Part shown: positions 13,201 through 25,200 of the stretch, in pieces
Layout of the letters: each line of letters opens with the position of its first letter
How positions within the stretch are numbered: position 1 is the first letter of the stretch
Assembly: GCA_002269645.1 (NCBI GenBank)
Contig: NIVC01004408.1
Location: 1-46,898 of the forward strand
Source of the DNA: Macrostomum lignano
Lineage: Eukaryota
Direction of reading: 5' to 3'
DNA length: 46,898 nucleotides
Notes under the pieces: model-generated
The model's database searches: none
Told to the model about the DNA's origin: nothing
What the model saw: only the letters and a program-made list of their open reading frames with translations
Program-made: the position numbers and the translations under genes

Positions 13201-16200
13201 GCAGATATCTCAGGTGTCCCTACACTGCCAATCCTGAGCAGCTGCAGATATCTCAGGTGTCCCTACACTGCCAATCCTGAGCATCTGCAGATAACATGGT
13301 GTCCCTACACTGCCAATCCTGAGCAGCTGCAGATATCTCAGGTGTCCCTACACTGCCAATCCTGAGCAGCTGCAGATATCTCAGGTGTCCCTACACTGCC
13401 AATCCTGAGCAGCTGCAGATATCTCAGGTGTCCCTACACTGCCAATCCTGAGCAGCTGCAGATAACATGGTGTCCCTACACTGCCAATCCTGAGCAGCTG
13501 CAGATATCTATCATGGTGTCCCTACACTACCAATCCTGAGCAGCTGCAGATATCTCAGGTGTCCCTACACTGCCAATCCTGAGCATCTGCAGATATCATG
13601 GTGTCCCTACACTGCCAATCCTGAGCAGCTGCAGATATCTCAGGTGTCCCTACACTGCCAATCCTGAGCAGCTGCAGATATCTCAGGTGTCCCTACACTG
13701 CCAATCCTGAGCATCTGCAGATAACATGGTGTCCCTACACTGCCAATCCTGAGCAGCTGCAGATATCTCAGGTGTCCCTACACTGCCAATCCTGAGCAGC
13801 TGCAGATATCTCAGGTGTCCCTACACTGCCAATCCTGAGCATCTGCAGATAACATGGTGTCCCTACACTGCCAATCCTGAGCAGCTGCAGATATCTCAGG
13901 TGTCCCTACACTGCCAATCCTGAGCAGCTGCAGATATCTCAGGTGTCCCTACACTGCCAATCCTGAGCAGCTGCAGATATCTCAGGTGTCCCTACACTGC
14001 CAATCCTGAGCATCTGCAGATAACATGGTGTCCCTACACTGCCAATCCTGAGCAGCTGCAGATATCTCAGGTGTCCCTACACTGCCAATCCTGAGCAGCT
14101 GCAGATATCTCAGGTGTCCCTACACTGCCAATCCTGAGCAGCTGCAGATATCTCAGGTGTCCCTACACTGCCAATCCTGAGCAGCTGCAGATATCTCAGG
14201 TGTCCCTACACTGCCAATCCTGAGCAGCTGCAGATATCATGGTGTCCCTACACTGCCAATCCTGAGCATCTGCAGATAACATGGTGTCCCTACACTGCCA
14301 ATCCTGAGCAGCTGCAGATATCTCAGGTGTCCCTACACTGCCAATCCTGAGCAGCTGCAGATATCATGGTGTCCCTACACTGCCAATCCTGAGCAGCTGC
14401 AGATATCTCAGGTGTCCCTACACTGCCAATCCTGAGCAGCTGCAGATATCTCAGGTGTCCCTACACTGCCAATCCTGAGCAGCTGCAGATATCTATCATG
14501 GTGTCCCTACACTGCCAATCCTGAGCAGCTGCAGATATCATGGTGTCCCTACACTGCCAATCCTGAGCAGCTGCAGATATCATGGTGTCCCTACACTGCC
14601 AATCCTGAGCAGCTGCAGATATCATGGTGTCCCTACACTGTTAATCCTGAGCAGCTACAGATATCTCAGGTGTCCCTACACAGCCAATCCTGAGCAGCTA
14701 CAGATATCTCAGGTGTCCCTACACTGCCAATCCTGAGCATCTGCACCACCTGACTGTCTATCGAGCTGCACTCCTTCTTATCCAAATCGAGGCCGCTCCA
14801 CCTGAGCAGCTCGGTGGACGCTGACCCGGCCGCACCATCGGCCAATCCGGCCACTGAGTCCGCAGCGGCCGCCGCCCCGCTGCCGCCCACTCGCAGCTTC
14901 CGCTTGAAGTGAAGCAGCCGCGGCCGGCCGAGCAGCCAGCGGTTGTTGGCGCCGCAGCAGCCGGCAAAGGGCAGCATGAGCTGGACTGCTGCTAGGAGAA
15001 GAGCTTTGGTGGAACTGGACAGCAACAAATGACCAACAGTTGGTGTCACAACTTCATTCCCAATAGCAAGGAGAGGAATATTTATGCGGAAAAGTCAAGA
15101 CCTTACTCATTCCTCACAGCTAGCTCATAAATTTCTCACCCTAAATCTCCCCTTTTCTCTGTTCCCGCGTTTTTATTAACTTGAATTTCATTTTTTCTTC
15201 CCAATGCTGACCGGAAAAAGTGCATTGTTCTTAAACTATTATCTAATTACCCGTTGAGATGAGAAGATACCGCAGCTACAATGCATTCGCCAAATTTTCT
15301 TTTTTTCTAAAAAATATTTTTAAAAGCATTAAAATTGGCATTGCGAGAAGTTCAGGGCCCATTGCAAATGAAAGGTGTTGGTTGGCATTTCAGGCCCAGC
15401 TGCCGCAAAGGCACGCGCGCCCTCTCTCACTGCCTCACTCACTTCATTTCGATAATAATTTCTCCCTTTCACAAAAGCACACAGAGAGCAGAAAGCCGGG
15501 CAGAGCAAAGCATATTTCTAGCACGCATTCGCGCTTCTACCGAAATGGGTGGGTGGAGCAAGCAGAGCAGGGCTGAGCAGCTTGAGCACTATAGCGGTGT
15601 GCACTCCGCCACTGCGCCAACCTCAAGCCAGCAGTCACAGCTTGCACAGCACAGAGACGGCATCTGCCCAGCAAATTCGCATTGCCAAAGCAGAGAGGAA
15701 ACAGCAAATATGACTTTGACTGACTCAGATACGCGCGCCAACATAGGAAAATTGTTTAGAAAATCTATTTTTATCGCCCACGCTCTGACTAAAAAAGCCT
15801 GTCTGTCCGCCTGTTTGCTAGTCACGAGTCTGTCACCTACAGCTGATCTCTCTAACACTTGTAAACACTTGCGAATACATAAAGCAGACATGCGATATGC
15901 CTGCAGTTCGAACTACACCCTCGCAGACAACGCCCAATTAAATATGGTATTGTATAACGTCTATGGCTCATTGCCAAGAAGCAGATGCCCGGGAAGCCAC
16001 AGCCCTGAAGTTAGCATTCCATCTTATGCCTGGGTATTCTCTGCACCCAATGGCACCACAGAGTTTAGCTATATTTCTATATAAATCTACAGGCCAACTT
16101 TGACAGATTTCAGCGGACCAAGAAATGCACACAACACAGAGACTGAGAAAGAGAAATAAAGGCAAAAAAGGCCAGAGCAAAGAGACAGTTTTGCAGAAAG

Positions 16201-19200
16201 AATAGCTGATTCAATAGGAATGACCTCGCCAGCTGGGGTTAAGAGCTGGATATGCCTTGCTCAGCAGAGCATCCGAGCTCTCACACAATGCCTGCGGAGG
16301 CGTAGCGAACACCTCTGCGCACAGAGAGAAGAGAATTCATGGTGCTTGCTCAGGTAAGAACTCCTGCATATACAATTTAACGGGGCTAAAAACTAAAGCA
16401 ACGATACGAAATAAAAAACGAGATTGTTTTGTGCCAACTAGTACTAGCAAGTAGTAACAGCTGTGCTTCTCCATGCTTATTAGCAGAAAACTACAGCTAT
16501 AATAACTGAGGAAACTTGATGCAGACCCGAAGAATCAGACAGGCAATTCAAGGCTGCAGTTTGTACTCACAACAAGCCGGACAGGGCCTGAGGAAACTCT
16601 GAGCAGCCGTCTCACCGCTACAAGACCGCATGAGTACAGGAGGATGAGTAGCAGGCCAGCCAGCAGCAGAGCTCCCGGCCATAGAAGGTGAACCTCGCGT
16701 GTGAACGGACTCGACATGTGACTGAGCTGGGCATGAGCAGCCCGCACGCCTCCCACTCACCGACTGTCTCCTCTCTCCCAGCGATCAGTTATAATATTTT
16801 TTTCTGTACAGCCGCTTGACTTTCGCTATAGGAAGATATTTTTGCTTCTTCTGCTCTCAGGACTGGCAAGTATTGCCGCCAATCAAACTGGGACAGACAG
16901 GGCCGGAGACGGGGCTGTGGGTTGGAGATCCACCACCGACAATGTACGGCAAGGACGCCCGCAACTGCAGCTTGGAATGGCTGACGACTGGAACAGCTTT
17001 GAGCTGCACAGCAGAAGAAGCCTTATCTGCCCGCGCTTTTCTGCTCTTTAGGTCTTCTGTTCTGCTAGCCAGCACTTGAGAAATAATGACAGAGACGGCT
17101 CAATGTCACAGCGATTCAGTCAGAAATTCGGGCTAATGAGACAAACAAAAAGCAGTGAAAGCAGAGTCTGCTGGACCGATAACGACGCAAAGATAAAAGC
17201 GGAGAGCTTTGCTTCTGCGGCTGCGCGTCTCTATCTGTTTCTCTCTGCCTACAAACTTTATAAACTGCAACGGGACAGTCAGCGAGCGCAAGAAGTGAAT
17301 TCCGCCGCTGCACTTGACTGCAAATTTCACTGCAGCTGGCTGGCAGCACGCAGCCGAGTGTACAACAGTACAGTGCACCCGAGTTCAAGTGTGCGGGAAT
17401 AGAAACCCATCAGCCCGCCTCATCGTCAATTACTGCAGCACCCAGCTGCCCAAGCAGACTAAAAATAGATATTTCACTACTATATTGATTTATAATAGCA
17501 AATTATGAGCATCTCATCCTTTATAGTAAAGATTTTGCTTAATAATCATAAAATCATGAATAATGGTAGCAATGTCCTAAAGTGCTACTCCAAGTAGGAA
17601 TAAAAAAGTATTCGAACTGAAAATTTAACTCAAAATTATTTAAAATAAATCAAGCGAAAAAGTTCATCCAAAGAACTACTAAATAAGAATACTAATTAGA
17701 TAAAGTCAAACCAATCACCTGTCGCTAAATTTAGCTGCAACACCTAATCAATATTCTGATCCATTCTTCGTACAGGCAAACACAATGGGATCACGGGATC
17801 TCTAGAAATGCACTACTAGCCCGATGGGGTACAGATCAAGTGCAATAGGCTGTAATTCTTAAGCTCGACCTATTAAATAATAGAGATCGAGTGAGTGAGT
17901 GAGTGAGTGAGTGAGTGAGTGAGTGAGTAACTGAGTGAGTAAGTGAGTGATTGAGTGAGTGAGTGAGAATGTGAGTGAGTGAGTGAGTGATTGAGTGAGT
18001 GAGTGAGTGATTGAGTGAGTGAGTGAGTGAGTGAGTGATTGAGTGAGTGAGTGAGTGATTGAGTGAGTGAGTGAGTGAGTGAGTGAGTGAGTGAGTGAGT
18101 GAGTGATTGAGTGAGTGAGTGAGTGATTGAGTGAGTGAGTGAGTGAGTGAGTGAGTGAGTGAGTGAGTGAGTGATTGAGTGAGTGAGTGAGTGAGTGAGT
18201 GAGTGAGTGAGTGAGTGAGTGAGTGAGTGAGTGAGTAACTGAGTGAGTAAGTGAGTGAGTGAGTGAGTGAGTGAGTGACTGAGTGAGTAAGTGAGTGATT
18301 GAGTGAGTGAGTGATTGAGTGAGTGAGTGAGAATGTGAGTGAGTGAGTGAGTGATTGAGTGAGTGAGTGAGTGAGTGAGTGAGTGAGTGAGTGAGTGATT
18401 GAGTGAGTGAGTGAGTGAGTGAGTGAGTGACTACGGTGGAGCTGCACTGAGCCATACAAATTGGGCATCAAGAACAGAATGCAATGGAGGTCTCCAGAGC
18501 GGCGCCCTTCGCTCACGCATTCGCTACAGTCAGGCATATTACTAAGCGGACTAAAAGTTACTAAAGTCATTAATAATCATACGCAATTACTGCGCACAGC
18601 GGGGGTCGGGTGTGCCAGGCGCAGACGCAGCTGCATGTGCACAGCAGCTCCCTGCACATCCCTCCAGTCTGCCCCAGTCTGGGAAAAAGCACTTTAGCAC
18701 TTTAAGGCCTTAGCCGAATAGAAATGACGAATAACAGGGCGGAGAAATTTCGGGGAAGGGAAGCGAACAGGGGGGTCCGGAGTTCAGCTTAGAAGATAAT
18801 AGCCGCGGGCGTGGGCGATGGAGACCGCTGGGTTGCCACCCGGAGGCTTAAACGGTGCAGTGAATAATTCTGGAAACAAGTGAGTCAGCAGCACTGACTG
18901 CAAACTAAACAGGAAACAAGGCTTTACTTGGCGGATAAATCGGCAATGAAAAATCTGAGTTTGAGTCCGCAATTGCTTGATTGGAATGCAACGCATTGCT
19001 GTTAACTCACGTTAGCAAAGCTGCCCATTCGGCGCTGGATTCTAACTCGCTAAAAAGACAGCGAAGCGTTCAACAATCTTTGTAAAAAACTGACAACATT
19101 AATGTTATAATCGCGATAGTTACTGGGCGACTGCCAGCAGCCTGCATGCAAAGAGTAATAAACAAAATATTGACATAAAATTGTGCATTGCGTGCACTTT

Positions 19201-22200
19201 GATCAGCTAATACACCCGGATTGAGGCTTACTACACCCAATCTGAGGCTTACTACACTCAATCTGAGGCTTACTACACCCAATATGAGGCTTACTACACC
19301 CAATATGAGGCTTACTACACCCAATATGAGGCTTACTACACTCAATCTGAGGCTTACTACACCCAATATGAGGCTTACTACACCCAATCTGAGGCTTACT
19401 ACACCCAATCTGAGGCTTACTACACCCAATATGAGGCTTACTACACCCAATATGAGGCTTACTATACCCAATCTGAGGCTTACTACACCCAATATGAGGC
19501 TTACTACACCCAATATGAGGCTTACTACACCCAATATGAGGCTTACTACACCCAATATGAGGCTTACTACACCCAATCTGAGGCTTACTACACCCAATAT
19601 GAGGCTTACTACACCCAATATGAGGCTTACTACACCCAATCTGAGGCTTACTACACCCAATCTGAGGCTTACTACACCCAATATGAGGCTTACTACACCC
19701 AATATGAGGCTTACTACACCCAATCTGAGGCTTACTACACCCAATATGAGGCTTACTACACCCATGTTGAGGCTTACTACACCCATGTTGAGGCTTACTA
19801 CACCCAATATGAGGCTTACTACACCCATGTTGAGGCTTACTACACCCAATATGAGGCTTACTACACCCAATATGAGGCTTACTACACCCAATCTGAGGCT
19901 TACTACACCCAATATGAGGCTTACTACACCCAATCTGAGGCTTACTACACCCAATATGAGGCTTACTACACCCAATATGAGGCTTACTACACCCAATCTG
20001 AGGCTTACTACACCCAATATGAGGCTTACTACACCCAATCTGAGGCTTACTACACCCAATATGAGGCTTACTACACCCAATATGAGGCTTACTACACCCA
20101 ATCTGAGGCTTGTTACACCCAATGAGGCTTACTACACCCATGTTGAGGCTTACTACACCCAATATGAGGCTTACTACACCCAATCTGAGGATTACTACAC
20201 CCAATCTGAGGCTTACTACACTCAATCTGAGGCTTACTACACCCAGTCTGAGGCTTACTACACCCAATCTGAGGCTTACTACACCCAATCTGAGGCTTAC
20301 TACACCCAATCTGAGGCTTACTACACCCAGTCTGAGGATTACTACACCCAATCTGAGGCTTACTACACCCAATATGAGGCTTACTACACCCAGTCTGAGG
20401 CTTACTACACCCAGTCTGAGGATTACTACACCCAATCTGAGGCTTACTACACCCAGTCTGAGGCTTACTACACCCAATCTGAGGCTTACTACACCCAATA
20501 TGAGGCTTACTACACCCAATATGAGGCTTACTACACCCAATCTGAGGCTTACTACACCCAATATGAGGCTTACTACACCCAATCTGAGGCTTACTACACC
20601 CAATATGAGGCTTACTACACCCAGTCTGAGGATTACTACACCCAATCTGAGGATTACTACACCCAATCTGAGGCTTATTTACACCCAATCTGAGGCTTAC
20701 TACACTCAATCTGAGGCTTACTACACTCAATCTGAGGCTTACTACACCCAATCTAAGGCTTACTACACCCAATCTAAGGCTAATGACATAAGTTTACACC
20801 CAGTTCAACAGCTACAGCACCTGAAGGGGGGGGGGGGCTAATAACATGTGATTTATGCTAGCACACAGTAAAGACAACACATAAAATTATTGTTGAGCTG
20901 AAAGTTGGAATAAAACACAGACTGACTCGTATCGATAAGAATTAGGTAAATAATGAAGCCAATGCGTGCACTATGGTGTGAAGTAAATAAAAGTACAAAT
21001 TGCAGCTTCACTAGCTGCATCAATTACCGGACTATCGGCAATGTGCAATTCAATTCCGCGCACAACCTGTGGTTTTGTTTTGTTTCAAGTTTTAAAATAG
21101 AATTTATCATTACAGAATCACTGTCGTTAGTAGTGATGTAGGAGAGCGTTTCATTCACGAACAAGAAGCCAATATTGCTGTCAAAGCTGAACTGAAGCCA
21201 AAATCCCAAATCCTCTCGGGCTGCTACGTTTCGACCATAGACAAAAGTCTAGAATTATCTGTGGCCCGTTCATAAACAGCTATAAGTTCAAATATATATT
21301 TTATCGGTATTTTAAACCACTTTAAAGCTCACTTTCAGGGAGGTTATTGACATAGATTTTATTTTGCGGTATTTAATCGATCACTTTCCCGGACATATTG
21401 CAAGGATTATTGTATGTATCTAAATAAGCGAGCTTCTCTCTTCTCTTCCTTCGTGCCTCGAGAAATTTCTTAATGAAATTTTGTATATGGTAAGAATGTG
21501 GGGGCTTCGCCCCAACACCCCCAGCAGGGGCTTTGCCCCCACACCCCCATCCCCAACTTCAACCATAGACATACAAGTATGGCTCCGGGATTTATCTGAA
21601 TACATCCTGCAAAAGTTTGAGGTCGGTATGTGATTAAATCCCGAGACCCGAAGGCTCGAGGGATTTAAGTGAAACACCGACCGAAAAACCCATAGAATAT
21701 CTTATACTTAATATTCCTTTTTGCGATTCACTTTGCCCGCAGAAACTCGTACCTATCTATGTCCCATTTAACCCCAACTTTAGCCACAGACCAATCTTCG
21801 AAACTGCATTCAATTTCGCAACAACAACAAAATACGTTGCCAGCCGGTCAAGCGAGACAAGACAACGTTACTGGGCCTGGACGCGATCGCAGGCCGCACC
21901 ACCGGCTGTCCGGGGCGCCGGCATCAGCCAGCAGGCAGTCGAAGATCGTCAGCACCTCGGCAGAAAATAGCAGCCTCGGTGTCGCCCGACACGCAGAGCA
22001 CGACAGTCTTCCATAGCAAACCAAGCACCATAGACAGACATAGAAGGAGCAAGAATGGCCGAGCCTGGATCTTACTTCGGATTTCGAAGAGCTCCATAGC
22101 AAACCAAGCACCATAGACAGACATTGAAGGAGCAAAAATGGCCGAGCCTGGATCTTACTTCGGATTTCGCAGAGCTCCATAGCAAACCAAGCACCATAGA

Positions 22201-25200
22201 CAGACATTGAAGGAGCAAAAATGGCCGAGCCTGGATCTTACTTCGGATTTCGAAGAGCTCCATAGCAAACCAAGCACCATAGACAGACATTGAAGGAGCA
22301 AAAATGGCCGAGCCTGGATCTTACTTCGGATTTCGCAGAGCTCCATAGCAAACCAAGCACCATAGACAGACATTGAAGGAGCAAAAATGGGCGAGCCTGG
22401 ATCTTACTTCGGATTTCGCAGAGCTCCATAGCAAACCAAGCACCATAGACAGACATTGAAGGAGCAAAAATGGGCGAGCCTGGATCTTACTTCGGATTTC
22501 GAAGAGCTCCATAGCAAACCAAGCACCATAGACAGACATTGAAGGAGCAAAAATGGCCGAGCCTGGATCTTACTTCGGATTTCGCATTTCTTCTGATTAC
22601 GAAGCAGATTGGCACGTCAGTGCTCAAGCGAGATTTGGAGGCCTCAAGACAGAAGTGCATTCAGTGGGTGAACCATTTATACTCTATTTTACATCAAGAG
22701 GTGTATAGAGCTGTTCGACATCTTTGTCTGCATGACAACCAACTGGCCTCTCTCTTCATTTCAGTGAACATTTTCTCTGTTTATTGCTGAAATTCCACTC
22801 TTGAATTGATCGGAGGTCGCAGCTATGGCAAAATTGAGTGCAGTTTTCGGAGATTAGTCTATGGCCAAAGCTGGGGTCAAAACGGGACTTAGATAGGCAT
22901 GACTTTCTGCAGGCAAAATTGAGTGCAGTTTTCGGAGATTAGTCTATGGCCCAAGCTGGGGTCAAAACGGGACTTAGATAGGCAAGAATTTCTGCAGGCA
23001 AAATTGAGTGCAGTTTTCGGAGATTAGTCTATGGCCCAAGCTGGGGTCAAAACGGGACTTAGACAGGCATGACTTTCTGCAGGCAAAATTGAGTGCAGTT
23101 TTCGGAGATTAGTCTATGGCCAAAGCTGGGGTCAAAACGGGACTTAGATAGGCATGACTTTCTGCAGGCAAAATTGAGTGCAGTTTTCGGAGATTAGTCT
23201 ATGGCCAAAGCTGGGGTCAAAACGGGACTTAGATAGGCATGACTTTCTGCAGGCAAAATTGAGTGCAGTTTTCGGAGATTAGTCTATGGCCCAAGCTGGG
23301 GTCAAAACGGGACTTAGATAGGCACGAATTTCTGCAGGCAAAATTGAGTGCAGTTTTCGGAGATCAGTCCATGGCCAAAGCTGGGGTCAAAACGGGACTT
23401 AGATAGGCACGAATTTCTGCAGGCAAAATTGAGTGCAGTTTAGGCAAACTGAATCGCAAAAAGGTAAAAAAATCCTAATTTACATTCAGTACAAAGCAGC
23501 ATTGCTGCAATCCATTTCCAGTTGCAGACTTTATCCATGGTCGAAATGCAAGAGCCCGAGTGTTTGAGATGTAAACAAATATGCAACGCAAAATTCGTTC
23601 CTGAAACCCAAAATTTAGCATAAGGTAAATAAATAAGCAAACAAGGCAACGGACTCCAACCTGATAGTGCAGAATGATCACCCAGACCAGGCCCAGAGTC
23701 AGTTTGGGATTGCCGTCCACAATGTCATCCGGACGAATGTTCACTATTCGAGCCTGCAGTGGCGTCATGAAAGTACACGATGCACTAATGCCGCTGCTCG
23801 AATAAAAAAATCAATAAAATAAATCTGCCTTACCCCATCAAATTGAAGAAACTGCAGCGCGATTTCCACATTTTGCAGATAGTGAAACCGCAGGTGGCCC
23901 CGTTCGACTGGCTGCATTGGAAAGGGAGGGGGAGGCTGCGTCGGATTCTAAAAGTGCAAAGCAACAGCCTAAGCTCGGTAGGTACTGTAGTCTATGCAAC
24001 ATAGCCTTCACATGTAGATTCCATAATAAATTCTGACTATTTTCAAATCTTTTAATTTAATGGATCAGATTGATTTTCTAAATCCCCAATAAATCCAGGT
24101 GATTTCTCAAATCCCCAATAAATCCAGGTGATTTCTCAAATCCCCAATAAATCCAGGTGGTTTCCCGAATCCCTAATAAATCCAGGTGATTTCCCAAATC
24201 CCCAAATAAATCCAGGTGATTTCCCAAATCCCCAATTAAATCCAGGTGATTTCCCAAATCCCCAATTAAATCCAGGTGATTTCTCAAATCCCTAATAAAT
24301 CCAGGTGATTTCTCAAATCCCTAATAAATCCAGGTGATTTCTCAAATCCCTAATAAATCCAGGTGATTTCCCAAATCCCCAAATAAATCCAGGTGATTTC
24401 CCAAATCCCCAATTAAATCCAGGTGATTTCCCAAATCCCCAATTAAATCCAGGTGATTTCTCAAATCCCCAATTAAATCCAGGTGATTTCTCAAATCCCC
24501 AATTAAGTCCAGGTGATTTCTCAAATCCCCAATTAAGTCCAGGTGATTTCTCAAATCCCCAATTAAGTCCAGGTGATTTCTCAAATCCCCAATTAAGTCC
24601 AGGTGATTTCTCAAATCCCCAATTAAGTCCAGGTGATTTCTCAAATCCCCAATTAAATCCAGGTGATTTCTCAAATCTCCAAATAAATCCAGATGATTTT
24701 CTAAATCCCAATTAAATCCAGGTGTTTCTTACATCCTCGATTAAATCCAGGTGTTTCTTAAATCCCCAATTAAATCCAGGTGATTTCTCAAATCCCCAAA
24801 TAAATCCAGGTGATTTCCCAAACCCCACAATAAACCCGCACAGGTCCCAGAGCGGTGCCTCACCAGCACGTGGCCAGACAGAACTTCCAGCAGGGTAATT
24901 AGCGCAAACCCATTGCGCAAGTCTTGGAAAAGATCCGAAATTCTTGTAGATTTCTGAAAACAAAAGAGGCATCCGATTCGGTTGGAATTCAGTTTTTTTT
25001 CAATTGGTGGAGAAAAATAGGTGGTGTCGGATTTCCATCCTCCAAATATTTGTACTTTCTATTACCTTGTACTTTTTAGTTAGCCGTCTCCCTTTGTCTA
25101 CCATGCCTTTCCCACAGACTATCGTAACCGTTCATTTACCTCAGACAATTTGGCTGGCCTGTTCATCATTGTTAGTATAAATACAACTTCAACCCGCGGC

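Noticed and set aside
15335-16084. 249-aa + strand ORF
   Set aside because: Non-ATG start, no recognisable motifs, and composition unlike the true exons.
17836-18570. His/Ser/Leu/Thr-rich ORFs
   Set aside because: Translations of the (GAGT)n microsatellite.
19070-20841. Long ORFs of 219-490 aa (LGVVSL.., GCSKPQI.., MRLTTPN.., EAYYTQS..)
   Set aside because: A 21-bp unit (a multiple of 3) is open in several frames on both strands; this is an artefact of the array.
21848-22207. GC-rich minus-strand ORF as a spectraplakin exon
   Set aside because: Explained by the LINE fragment plus the 83-bp repeat.
10991-24830. CRISPR-like appearance of the 42-, 83-, 85- and 30-bp arrays
   Set aside because: Units are head-to-tail with no unique spacers, there are no cas genes, and the context is eukaryotic introns.
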